Positions 20,519 through 29,650 of a stretch of 64,000 nucleotides of DNA are shown one piece after another (position 1 is the stretch's first letter; each line of letters begins with the position of its first letter). The position numbers were made by a program, and so were the translations under genes. Under the pieces are notes generated by a model. That model was not told where the DNA came from. It saw nothing but the letters and a program-made list of their open reading frames with translations, and did no database searches. The DNA lies in contig CBDCNM010000001.1 in NCBI GenBank assembly GCA_965219385.1, positions 918,631-982,630 on the forward strand, read 5' to 3'. Origin of the DNA: Candidatus Latescibacterota bacterium (GTDB lineage Bacteria; Latescibacterota; UBA2968; UBA8231).

Positions 20519-22049
20519 GGAAACAGCACCGTCGGACATTTCCCGCCTGGGGTTGTTCTTGTTGCTGGGGTCCATTTTGGTGGCGGCGGCCTGTGCCATC
20601 GTCTACGAGTTGTTGATCGGGAGTATTTCCTCCTACTTCATGGGCAACAGCGTGGAACAGTTCTCCCTGACCATTGGTTTTTTCCTCTTCGCCATGGGGG
20701 TGGGTTCCTGGATTTCGCGTCTGGTCCAGCAGAATCTTCTTGCGCGCTTCATAGCCCTGGAGGTTTGGCTGGGACTGGTAGGAGGAAGCGCAGTGCCTCT
20801 TCTCTACCTGGCCTATACCTGGTCGGACCACTATCGCTACTGGATGCTGGTGCTGATCGTGGTGATCGGTTTGTTGATCGGTCTGGAAGTGCCGCTCCTG
20901 ACCCGGATTCTGCGGGGCTACGGTCCATTGCGCACCACCCTGTCCAACGTGTTGTCGCTGGATTATTTGGGGGCCCTGGTCGCGGCGTTGATTTTTCCCT
21001 ATTTGTTGATGCCCGTGCTGGGCGGGCTGCACACTTCTCTGCTTACCGGGTTGGTCAATCTCCTGGTGGGGGTAGGGGTTCTGTTCAGTTTCAGGCGGCA
21101 GTTGCCCCGACGTTCCTTTGCCTACCTTTGCTTTCAGGGCGTCCTGGTAGGGGGGATCCTGCTGGGGTCGCTCAGCCTGGCCAATCCTCTACTTGAGCGC
21201 TGGGAGAGCACCCTTTACGAAGATCGCATCATTCACAGCGAACAGTCGCCCTACCAGAAGATTGTCCTGACCCGCTGGCGCGACGAGCTGAGATTGTTTC
21301 TAAATGGACATTTGCAGTTTGCCTCGGTGGACCAGCACCGCTACCACGAATCCCTGGTGCATCCGGCCATGAGCCTGGCCCCAGACCGGGAAAGGGTGTT
21401 GATTATCGGGGGGGGAGACGGCCTGACCGCGGCCGAAATTCTCAAATACCCTGATGTTGTACGGATTGATTTGGTGGATATCGACCGGGCCGTGACCAAT
21501 CTGGCCAGGCGCAATCTCCACCTGACTCGTTTGAATAAAAATTCCCTGAACCACCCCAAAGTGCATATCTTTAACCAGGACGGTTTCATTTTTTTGCAGC
21601 GCGAGCAGTTGGCCTATGGGGTGATTATCCTGGATCTGCCGGATCCGCGCGAGGAAGCCCTGGCCAAACTCTACTCTGTGTCGTCTTATGAATTGTGCAA
21701 GCGGCATCTGGCGCCGGGCGGCTTGCTGGTCACCCAGGCCTCCAGTCCCTATTATGCCAGGGCGGCTTTCTGGAGCGTGGCGGCGACTCTGGAAAAAGCC
21801 GGTTTCCAGCTTACCTCCTATCACGCCTATGTGCCTTCTTTTGGAGAATGGGGCTTCCATCTGGCCAGCAGGGGGATACTGGACCTGAGCGCAGTTGAGT
21901 TTGCAGTGCCGCGGCGTTTCCTCGAGGCCAGTCTTTTTCGCAGTATGCTGCGCTTCGATGCCGACATGGCCCGGCTTGAGGTGGAGCCCAATCGACTTGA
22001 TAAACCGCTTCTGGCGCGTTATTATCGTCAGGGATGGAGTCAATGGTAG
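20511..22049 (+). CDS. speE: Membrane-bound polyamine aminopropyltransferase (spermidine synthase-like)
   Basis: N-terminal TM domain plus QSPYQKI, YHESLVHP, IIGGGDG, LDLPDP, VPSFGEWGF. Confidence 0.9.
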   Translation: MSEETAPSDISRLGLFLLLGSILVAAACAIVYELLIGSISSYFMGNSVEQFSLTIGFFLFAMGVGSWISRLVQQNLLARFIALEVWLGLVGGSAVPLLYLAYTWSDHYRYWMLVLIVVIGLLIGLEVPLLTRILRGYGPLRTTLSNVLSLDYLGALVAALIFPYLLMPVLGGLHTSLLTGLVNLLVGVGVLFSFRRQLPRRSFAYLCFQGVLVGGILLGSLSLANPLLERWESTLYEDRIIHSEQSPYQKIVLTRWRDELRLFLNGHLQFASVDQHRYHESLVHPAMSLAPDRERVLIIGGGDGLTAAEILKYPDVVRIDLVDIDRAVTNLARRNLHLTRLNKNSLNHPKVHIFNQDGFIFLQREQLAYGVIILDLPDPREEALAKLYSVSSYELCKRHLAPGGLLVTQASSPYYARAAFWSVAATLEKAGFQLTSYHAYVPSFGEWGFHLASRGILDLSAVEFAVPRRFLEASLFRSMLRFDADMARLEVEPNRLDKPLLARYYRQGWSQW

Positions 22050-22073
22050 CATGATCGCCAGGGGAGGACGAGC

Positions 22074-22613
22074 ATGATAAAGAAATGGTTCGGCAAAGAC
22101 GAGGAGAACGGCGAAGTCTATCGGGAATATACCCTGGATACCATGAGGCAAGGGTACCTTGTGGACTACGATCTGAAAACCTGGGAAGTCACCGGATTCA
22201 ATACCTATGACTACGAGGGCTATACAACCCGGGAATGGGAGCTGCGCTGCGGTGGGGAACTGCGATTTTTGGAACGAGCCGAAGAGGATGGACAGGTCGA
22301 ATGGACCCTGACCCGGAGAATCCAGATCAACCAGATAGAAGAAAAGGTAATCGATATTATCCTGGAGCATGACGACCCGCCGGAAGATATCCACTTCGAG
22401 GGCAGATCCTATGCGGCCGTGGAAAGCAGTGCAGGCCTGATGCGCCGAGGGGGTGAGGGAGAGGGCCGCGAGTTCGTCAGCTGGAGTTACGAAGCAGGAG
22501 AGGATCGGGTGCTCTTTATCGTCCAGTGGGGCGAGCGAGACTTTGTCGCCTACGAAGGCGCCTATGCGGAAGACTACCAGTTCACCGACATTCTGCCGGG
22601 TAACCAGGAGTAA
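22074..22613 (+). CDS. DUF4178-like acidic protein
   Basis: W-x-E-W type motif, PPEDIHFEGRSY; operon context. Confidence 0.65.
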   Translation: MIKKWFGKDEENGEVYREYTLDTMRQGYLVDYDLKTWEVTGFNTYDYEGYTTREWELRCGGELRFLERAEEDGQVEWTLTRRIQINQIEEKVIDIILEHDDPPEDIHFEGRSYAAVESSAGLMRRGGEGEGREFVSWSYEAGEDRVLFIVQWGERDFVAYEGAYAEDYQFTDILPGNQE

Positions 22614-22641
22614 AAGGTCGGCGAGAGAGGAGAATTTCATT

Positions 22642-23409
22642 GTGAACCTGACATCCTGTCTAAGAAGGCTTCTAAGAAGGCGGCAGAGTCGAAGGATAAG
22701 CCTGGGTATCCTCATGGGTGTGCTGGCGTTGGTGGGATGCGGGGGGGAGAGGGATCCTGTCGAGAAACTCCGGAGGGATTTGAATCGCTACCCCGAATTC
22801 TCTTTGATGGTAGACGACTTGCGGATTGAGGAAGGCTTTTTCCCCGACTATTTTCTGCGTTTCAAGGTGCTCACCGCTTCCGGTCAGCGCACGGCCGGCC
22901 AGGACACGGTGATTTACCAGGAGCGGATCACGCCGTGGGAAGAAGTGAGCGAGGAGGTCTTTGCCCGCTACGAAAACTACGTGGGGATGGTGGTGGCTTC
23001 CAAAAGCATGGACGGTCGCCAGACCGGTCCGCGTCAGGCCCATCCGGCCGGTTACCAGTACGTGGGGAACCCCCACTATGGGGTCTGGGGCGGAGGTGGT
23101 TTCTGGCAGTTCTACGGCCAGTACGCCTTGATGCGAGACTTGATGGGCGGATGGCGCGTGAGTCGAGGCGATTACGGGGATTACCGGCGCTACACCCAAC
23201 GGGGACAGCCCTATTATGGGCCGGAAAAAAACGGTCGCCAGACCTTTGGATCGCGGGGCACGGTGACGGAAAAGACCCGGCCCAATTTTTACCAGCGCAA
23301 CCGGCAGCGCTTGCAGTCCGGTCGCCAGGCGTTTGCGGGCAAGGCCCAGACTCGGATGGGACGAACCAGTTCGAGCTGGGGGAGAGGTTCCACTCGCTTT
23401 GGAAAGTAA
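22642..23409 (+). CDS. Lipoprotein with Gly/Arg/Tyr-rich C-terminus
   Basis: GAGGAG RBS + GTG start; lipobox LVGC; PAGYQYVGNPHYGVW...FWQFYGQY. Confidence 0.7.
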   Translation: MNLTSCLRRLLRRRQSRRISLGILMGVLALVGCGGERDPVEKLRRDLNRYPEFSLMVDDLRIEEGFFPDYFLRFKVLTASGQRTAGQDTVIYQERITPWEEVSEEVFARYENYVGMVVASKSMDGRQTGPRQAHPAGYQYVGNPHYGVWGGGGFWQFYGQYALMRDLMGGWRVSRGDYGDYRRYTQRGQPYYGPEKNGRQTFGSRGTVTEKTRPNFYQRNRQRLQSGRQAFAGKAQTRMGRTSSSWGRGSTRFGK

Positions 23410-23436
23410 GAAGGCTTCTAAGAGGGAGAAACAATC

Positions 23437-24285
23437 ATGGTTGATGAATTCCTGCTTCCCATGACCTGGTCCATGGTCTATATCCTGGAGGCCTTTGTCC
23501 TCCTCTGGATCGCCAAGGTAGCCTATACCCGGATCTACCGACGAGTGGATCTAAAGGCCGAGCTATTCGAACGCCACAATGACGCCCTGGCCATTTCTAT
23601 ATCGGGATACCTCCTGGGTATAATTATAGCCTTTGGCGGCGTCCTGGAAGGGACTTCGGCCGGCTGGAAAGCGGATCTGGCCGGAATAGCCACAAACGGT
23701 GTCCAGGCCATTCTCCTGATGTTGATCGCCAGCTTTCTGTGCGAAAAGATTTTGCTGCCGCATTTCAACAATACCAGAGAAGTGGTAGAAAACCACAACT
23801 TGGGCACGGCCTTCGTGGAAGCCGGGGTGCATATTGCCAACGGCCTCATCGTACTGGCTATCAGCCAGGGTGGGGGAGTTGCGTGGATTGGATTGGTCTT
23901 CTGGCTCCTGGCGCAGATTGTGTTGATTTTGTTCGGGTCGCTCTACGAATGGGTCACCCCCCACAAGATTCACGAGGAGCTGGGACGCGCCAATGCCGCG
24001 GTAGGCTTGGCCCTGGGGGGCGCCCTGATGGGGCTGGGCAATGTGGTTAGTATAGCGGTCACCGGAGATTTTGAGGGGTGGAAATCCAGCCTGATCTCCT
24101 TTGCCGGTTATGCCCTGTTCGGCTTTGTGGTTCTGCTCATCATCAAAAAACTGACCGATGTACTGCTGGCTCCAGGGGTGAAACTAAGCGACGAACAGAC
24201 CGAATCCTCTCCCAATGTTGGGGCTGGATTACTCGAAGCATTCGGCTATATCGGGGGGTCAATGCTGATCGTCTGGGTGCTTTAG
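23437..24285 (+). CDS. DUF350 domain membrane protein (internally repeated)
   Basis: Repeated E-L/V-x-x-x-N-x-A/G units (ELFERHNDA, EVVENHNLG, ELGRANAAVG, NVGAG). Confidence 0.8.
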   Translation: MVDEFLLPMTWSMVYILEAFVLLWIAKVAYTRIYRRVDLKAELFERHNDALAISISGYLLGIIIAFGGVLEGTSAGWKADLAGIATNGVQAILLMLIASFLCEKILLPHFNNTREVVENHNLGTAFVEAGVHIANGLIVLAISQGGGVAWIGLVFWLLAQIVLILFGSLYEWVTPHKIHEELGRANAAVGLALGGALMGLGNVVSIAVTGDFEGWKSSLISFAGYALFGFVVLLIIKKLTDVLLAPGVKLSDEQTESSPNVGAGLLEAFGYIGGSMLIVWVL

Positions 24286-24381
24286 AAGCCGGCCGCCAGG
24301 CGCTGCTCCGACAGGGTGTGGGTCATATTCTGGGCTTCTTCGCCGGGAGTTTGGGTTGCGACCTGAACACAGGACAGGTGC

Positions 24382-25413
24382 TCAACGGGCAAGCTTCTCC
24401 CCAAGGTTTCCGCGTTTTTTCTTGTAGGTCCGCCATTGCAGGTACAAGGCCGGACCACCTATTCCCAGATAGGTCAAAGTGGCGATAGCATGGACCGCTG
24501 TGGCGCAGGCTAGGGCCGGGACCTGGGGGATGGAATAGAGAGACATTAGACCCCCTCCGAAGAACAGGTGGTATGAACCGGTACCTCCAGGGGTGGGAAA
24601 GATCATGCCGATTGAGGAAATAGCCATTATGACCAGGGCGGCTGCCAATCCCGTGTCGTGGGTCCGAGTAAAACCAAAACCCAGAAATGATTCGTAGATG
24701 ATCAGGATGTATCCAAGGTTCAACATAAGGGAACTTACAAAGATCTCAAGATACGCCGAAGGGGTGTGGAGGGCCGTCAGACCGTGGACAAAGGTTTCGA
24801 AGATGCGAACCAAGGCCTTGGCCAGGCGCAGCGAAATTTTTCCTGCTAGGCGTTCTATGTAGCTCAGGGCTCGTTCCCGGTAGATCGACACCAGGACCAG
24901 GAAGACGAGGGCAAAGATACAGAGAGCCAGCCCCAGCAAGCTGAAGAATTCCAGCCATGGATAGAATTGGTTGATGCGTTCCCGCAACAAGAAAATCGAG
25001 ATACCCACGAAGAAGATGAGCCATACCAGATCGAGGATGCGCTCGACGATCACAGTAGCCAGCACCGAGCCGAAGCGGGCACCCTGGGTCCAGTTAAGGC
25101 TGAGGGCGCGCAGGACTTCGCCCGAACGCAGAATGAAGATATTGCTGGAATAGCCTATGGAAAGGGCAATGGTGGCATCCCGGAGGGTGATATTGGATGC
25201 AAAAGGACGCATCAGCACGATCCAGCGCCAGGAGCGCAGGACCAGGGTAAGCAGGGTGGTGAGGACGAGCAAGCAGATCCAGGTAAGAGAGAGGTTGCGG
25301 AGGGAGCTCCACAGCTCATCGAAGTCGATTCCCTTGAAGGCCCAGTAGAGAAAAAGGCCCATCAACACCAGGCTGACCAGGTATTGAAGTGTTTTTTTCA
25401 GGCGACTTAGCAA
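24382..25413 (-). CDS. Lysylphosphatidylglycerol synthase TM / flippase-like (UPF0104) protein
   Basis: LRSWRW, RSGEVLR, ERILD, PTPGGTG. Confidence 0.85.
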   Translation of the reverse strand: MLSRLKKTLQYLVSLVLMGLFLYWAFKGIDFDELWSSLRNLSLTWICLLVLTTLLTLVLRSWRWIVLMRPFASNITLRDATIALSIGYSSNIFILRSGEVLRALSLNWTQGARFGSVLATVIVERILDLVWLIFFVGISIFLLRERINQFYPWLEFFSLLGLALCIFALVFLVLVSIYRERALSYIERLAGKISLRLAKALVRIFETFVHGLTALHTPSAYLEIFVSSLMLNLGYILIIYESFLGFGFTRTHDTGLAAALVIMAISSIGMIFPTPGGTGSYHLFFGGGLMSLYSIPQVPALACATAVHAIATLTYLGIGGPALYLQWRTYKKKRGNLGEKLAR

Positions 25414-25458
25414 GGCAAAGCAGGAGCCCTTGGTTTATCCGGACGCTCCTGATCGTCT

Positions 25459-26088
25459 TTATTCTGGTTGCGCATTCAAGGCCGAGATCTTGTTGTGATC
25501 TTCCAGGAGGCGGAGGATTTGCAGGGCGGCATCTTGAGGGGTACAGGCTACGGTTTCAATGGTAAGTTCAGGATTTTCAGGAGGTTCATAAGGGTCGGAA
25601 ATTCCGGTGAAATTGGCAATTTCTCCCTTGCGGGCTTTTTGATAGAGTCCTTTGGGATCGCGCTCCTCGCACAACTCGAGCGGTGTGTTGATGAAGACCT
25701 CGAGGAATTCTCCCTCGGGCATGAGGGAACGTACGGCGTCGCGGTCGGTCCGGTAGGGACTGACAAAGCTGGTGAGGGCGATGAGGCCGGCGTCGACAAA
25801 GAGTTTGCCTACCTCGCCGATGCGGCGGATGTTCTCGGCCCGGTCCTCGGCCGAGAAGCCCAGATTCTTGTTGAGTCCATGGCGGATGTTGTCGCCGTCC
25901 AGGACATAGGATAAATGCCCGCGCTCGACCAGTGCGTGTTCCACGGTAAAGGCAATGGTGCTCTTGCCGGAACTGGGCAGGCCGGTGAGCCAGACCAGGA
26001 CGCCCTTCTGTTCGAGTAAATTTTCGCGTTGTTCACGGCCGACGCGCCCCTCGTGCCAGACGATGTTGGTCGCTTTGATCTGAGTCAA
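25459..26088 (-). CDS. cysC: Adenylyl-sulfate kinase
   Basis: WLTGLPSSGKST, LDGDNIRHGL, RDPKGLY, FTGISDPYE. Confidence 0.96.
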   Translation of the reverse strand: MTQIKATNIVWHEGRVGREQRENLLEQKGVLVWLTGLPSSGKSTIAFTVEHALVERGHLSYVLDGDNIRHGLNKNLGFSAEDRAENIRRIGEVGKLFVDAGLIALTSFVSPYRTDRDAVRSLMPEGEFLEVFINTPLELCEERDPKGLYQKARKGEIANFTGISDPYEPPENPELTIETVACTPQDAALQILRLLEDHNKISALNAQPE

Positions 26089-26304
26089 AATAACATCCTT
26101 TTGTCGCTGGGGTTTGAAGTATAGATCCCATCAAAAAGCAAGAAGTTAGGGGGAAACGCGAATTCGTCAAGGGGGGGGAGACCGAGAAAATAAAAAAAGT
26201 TCTTTCTTTTTTTGGATATTTGTTATTATATATATATAGGACTTTAAAAAGAGCCCAGTTCAATGCTGGTCAACAGCAATTCAGTCTGAAGGAGGCGATT
26301 TGCA

Positions 26305-27384
26305 ATGAGGCTAAGGAACAAACTTGTGCTGGCGGCCTTTATGGCAACCCTTTGGGGGGTGTTTTCCATGGCCGAGGCAGTAGTAAACATCCAGAATGTG
26401 GGGGCCGGGGCCCGCTCCCAGGCCCTGGGCAACAGCTTTGTGGCCGTGGCCGACAACCCGGATGCCGTGTTCGAAAATCCGGCCGGGGTGGGGCGGCTCC
26501 CGCGCAAACAGCTGGCCTATACCAATGTGTCGCTGTTTTTTAGCGGCATGGACGACGGCAACAACCTGGGGCAACACGTCGTCTCCTATGTGCAGCCGTT
26601 GGGGGCCAAACTGGGGTTGGGACTGGGCTTCGAGCGGATCGGCTCGGACCTGATGAGCGAGAACGGGGCGTTTTTGTCGGTGGGGGTGAACCTGAGCCAA
26701 AAGTTGAGCCTGGGGCTCAACGCCAAGTATCTATTCTGGAGCGTGGGCGATTTTGACCCGGCCGATCCGCTCTCGGGGCAGGGGGCCGGGGGCGTGGGGG
26801 TGGACGTGGGGGTGTTGTGGCACACCCCGGTGGCCGGGGCCCAGTTGGGGGTGTTGCTCAAGAATGTGAATGAGCCGGGGATATCCAAGGGCAAGGGGAT
26901 GCGCGGGGTGCGCCGGGATACCAATGACAATGGGGTGCTCGACCCGGGGGATGCGCTGGTGGCCGAGGAGGATGTGGACGCGGGCAAGTTGCCGGCGGAT
27001 TTGCACGTAGGGGTGTCCTATCAGGTCAATCCCTCGTCGCTGCTGTCGGTGCAGTGGGTGGTGCGGGATGTGATGGCCGCGTCGGCGTTGGTGGAGGCGG
27101 GCACGGAGTTTGACGAGGCGTTGGGGGTGGACAAGTATGTCCTGGAGGAGCGGTCGAGCCGCATGAGCAAGCTGGTGCTCGGGGGAGAGACGCGGTTGCG
27201 GGAAGGGTTGATGTTGCGGGCGGGGGGCAGTCGGCCTTTCGAGGAGGAGGCTCAGGGGGCTTTGAATGCGGGGTTGGGCTATCGGTGGAACACCAACCTG
27301 CTGTTCGACTACAGCTATCACCTGCCTCTGGATCTGGTCGAGACCAACGGGGCCCATCGCTTCTCCTTTGGATACGAGTTTTAA
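26305..27384 (+). CDS. Outer-membrane beta-barrel, PorV/PorQ-like
   Basis: Signal peptide; GARSQALGNSFVAVADNPDAVFENPAG; C-terminal HRFSFGYEF. Confidence 0.7.
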   Translation: MRLRNKLVLAAFMATLWGVFSMAEAVVNIQNVGAGARSQALGNSFVAVADNPDAVFENPAGVGRLPRKQLAYTNVSLFFSGMDDGNNLGQHVVSYVQPLGAKLGLGLGFERIGSDLMSENGAFLSVGVNLSQKLSLGLNAKYLFWSVGDFDPADPLSGQGAGGVGVDVGVLWHTPVAGAQLGVLLKNVNEPGISKGKGMRGVRRDTNDNGVLDPGDALVAEEDVDAGKLPADLHVGVSYQVNPSSLLSVQWVVRDVMAASALVEAGTEFDEALGVDKYVLEERSSRMSKLVLGGETRLREGLMLRAGGSRPFEEEAQGALNAGLGYRWNTNLLFDYSYHLPLDLVETNGAHRFSFGYEF

Positions 27385-27411
27385 ATCAACCCTCGATTTT
27401 TTTGCAGATCT

Positions 27412-27443
27412 AAAAGGACCGCCCTGAAAAAGGCGGTCCTTTT
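27412..27443. terminator. Bidirectional intrinsic terminator between convergent genes
   Basis: AAAAGGACCGCC-8 nt-GGCGGTCCTTTT. Confidence 0.85.
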
Positions 27444-28183
27444 TATTTGAGCACGTCCTCTCCGACCTCGGCTACCAAGGTGCCGAGGTCTTCCCCTTCG
27501 CAGATTCGCTGTATGGTACCCTTCTCGGTAAAATCGAACACGTGGATCCGCAGCCTGTGATCCCGTGCCAGAATGACGGAGGTTTGATCGATCACGGTCA
27601 GATTTTCCCTGAGGATGGTATTGTAGTGCATCTGGTTGTAGAGGCGGGCCCGTGGATCTATCTGTGGATCTGAGGTGAATATTCCTCTGGTGCGGTTTTT
27701 GGCAAAGAGCAGGGCATCGGAACGGGTCTCGATAGCGCGCTGGGCCGCGGTGTAATCCGTGGTTACATAGGGGTTTCCCGTGCCGGCGGCAAAAATGACG
27801 ATATAATTTTTTTCCAGATGGTGAATGGACCGCAGGCGGATGAAGGGTTCGGCAACGTGGTTGATAGGGATGGCGCTCATCACCCGGACTTCCACCAGAG
27901 CTTGAGACTTGGAAGTCAGGACCCCGCGCAGCATCAGGCTGTTGATGATTGTCCCCATCATGCCGATATTGTCGGCTTCTGCCCTTTCAATGCCCCACTG
28001 GGCGCTCAGGTTGCCACGGAAGATATTGCCCCCTCCGATCACAATGGAAACCTGCACACCCGCAGCGTGCAGCTGTAAGACCTCTTCGCCGATGTGCTCA
28101 AGAGCTTCGGGAGAAAATCCTATATCCTGGTCTCCGGAAACAGCCTGACCACTTAGTTTGAGCAGGACGCGTCGGTATCGCAT
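27443..28183 (-). CDS. pyrH: UMP kinase (divergent PyrH paralog type)
   Basis: VLLKLSG, GGGNIFRG, ADNIGMMGT, GTGNPYVTTD. Confidence 0.88.
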   Translation of the reverse strand: MRYRRVLLKLSGQAVSGDQDIGFSPEALEHIGEEVLQLHAAGVQVSIVIGGGNIFRGNLSAQWGIERAEADNIGMMGTIINSLMLRGVLTSKSQALVEVRVMSAIPINHVAEPFIRLRSIHHLEKNYIVIFAAGTGNPYVTTDYTAAQRAIETRSDALLFAKNRTRGIFTSDPQIDPRARLYNQMHYNTILRENLTVIDQTSVILARDHRLRIHVFDFTEKGTIQRICEGEDLGTLVAEVGEDVLK

Positions 28184-28216
28184 GGGCGGTGAGGCTCCTC
28201 TTTTGCTAGAGCGGAA

Positions 28217-29644
28217 TTAGAGCAGGCGGCTTTTTTCCAGCTGGCGGGCATCGGGATAGGCCCTAGACAGGTCGGCGACCGTCCGGACAAATTGATCGAC
28301 CTGTTGACCGGCCATTCCTACCAAGGCTTCGCTTTTCTCGAAGACTTCTCTGATTTTTTTGCCACAAAAGGGGATGCGTTCGTCCGCCCCCAGACGCTCG
28401 GCCAGGTCGTTTCTCGCCAGGCCCTGCTCGCGCATGTCCAGGGCCACGGCCACGGCGTGTTCCTTGATGGCCTGGTGTGCCAGCTCTCTACCGGCGCCTT
28501 GTTGTACCGACTCCATCAATAAGGTCGTAGTGGCCAGAAAGGGCATATAGCGCTCCAATTCGTTGCGGATAACCGCTTCGTACGCACCCATATCATCCAC
28601 TACGTGAAGCGCGGTTTCCAGCATGCCGTCAAAGGCAAAGAGGCTGTCGGGCAGGGCCACCCGCCTGACCACCGAACAGGAGACATCCCCTTCAAACCAC
28701 TGATCGCCGGCCAAACCTCCGACCATGTGGAGAAATCCCCCCAGGACCACCTGGAAGCCGTTGATGCGTTCGGCGCTGCGGGTATTCATTTTGTGGGGCA
28801 TGGCCGAGGAACCGACCTGGCCCTGGGCAAAGCCTTCGGTAAGGGTCTCATTGCCGGCCATCAGGCGTATGGTGCGGGCAAGATCGGCAATGCCGGCACC
28901 AAGCTGGTACAGGCAGCTGAGTACCTCGAAGTCGAGACTGCGAGGGTAGATCTGGCCCACGGCATTCAACTCGCGCTGGAAGCCCAGGTAGGAGCGCACT
29001 TTTTCCTGGAGCTGCTCGAGTTTAAGGCGGTCTCCATCAAGGAGGGTCAGCTGATCCAGGGCCGTGCCCACGGCTCCCTTGAGGCCGCGCAGAGGATAGG
29101 TGGCCACCAAGTGCTCGAGCCGGCGGACGGCCTGTAGCATCTCTTCTCCAAACATGGCCAGCCGCTTGCCCAGGGTGGTGGGCTGGGCGGCAGCATAGTG
29201 GGTACGGCCCACAACCACCAGCTCTTTCCACTGGGAGGCGCGCTGGCTCAAGCGCAGCAACAAGGCCACGTATTTTAGCTGCAGGTATTGCAAAGACCGC
29301 AGGATCTGAAACTGCTCCACATTGTCGGTCAGGTCGCGGCTGGTCAGCCCCTTGTGGATGTGTTCGTGCCCTGCCAGGGCGCAGAATTCTTCGATCCGGG
29401 CCTTGACATCGTGGCGCAGGATTGTCTCGCGCCGGCGGATCGAATCCAGATCCACCTGGTTGACGACCCGTTCATAGTCTCGAAGGGCCTGGGGCGGAAT
29501 ATCGAGCCCCATCTCCCGCTGGGCTTTCATCACTGCGATCCAGAATTCGCGTTCCAGCACAACACGGCCTTGCTCTGACCAGATTTCTTTGATGGGAGGG
29601 CTGGCGTAGCGACTGGCAAGTAGATCTGGAATATACTCGGACAT
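28217..29644 (-). CDS. purB: Adenylosuccinate lyase
   Basis: SRYAS, RHDV, TSRD, GRTH, GSSAMPHKMN. Confidence 0.95.
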   Translation of the reverse strand: MSEYIPDLLASRYASPPIKEIWSEQGRVVLEREFWIAVMKAQREMGLDIPPQALRDYERVVNQVDLDSIRRRETILRHDVKARIEEFCALAGHEHIHKGLTSRDLTDNVEQFQILRSLQYLQLKYVALLLRLSQRASQWKELVVVGRTHYAAAQPTTLGKRLAMFGEEMLQAVRRLEHLVATYPLRGLKGAVGTALDQLTLLDGDRLKLEQLQEKVRSYLGFQRELNAVGQIYPRSLDFEVLSCLYQLGAGIADLARTIRLMAGNETLTEGFAQGQVGSSAMPHKMNTRSAERINGFQVVLGGFLHMVGGLAGDQWFEGDVSCSVVRRVALPDSLFAFDGMLETALHVVDDMGAYEAVIRNELERYMPFLATTTLLMESVQQGAGRELAHQAIKEHAVAVALDMREQGLARNDLAERLGADERIPFCGKKIREVFEKSEALVGMAGQQVDQFVRTVADLSRAYPDARQLEKSRLL

Positions 29645-29650
29645 GGGGGC

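Noticed and set aside
26210..26250. TA-dinucleotide run upstream of the barrel gene as a fourth dif-like site or phase-variable tract
   Set aside because: It lacks the TAA-N6-TTA layout, the tract is short, and it is more simply an AT-rich promoter region.
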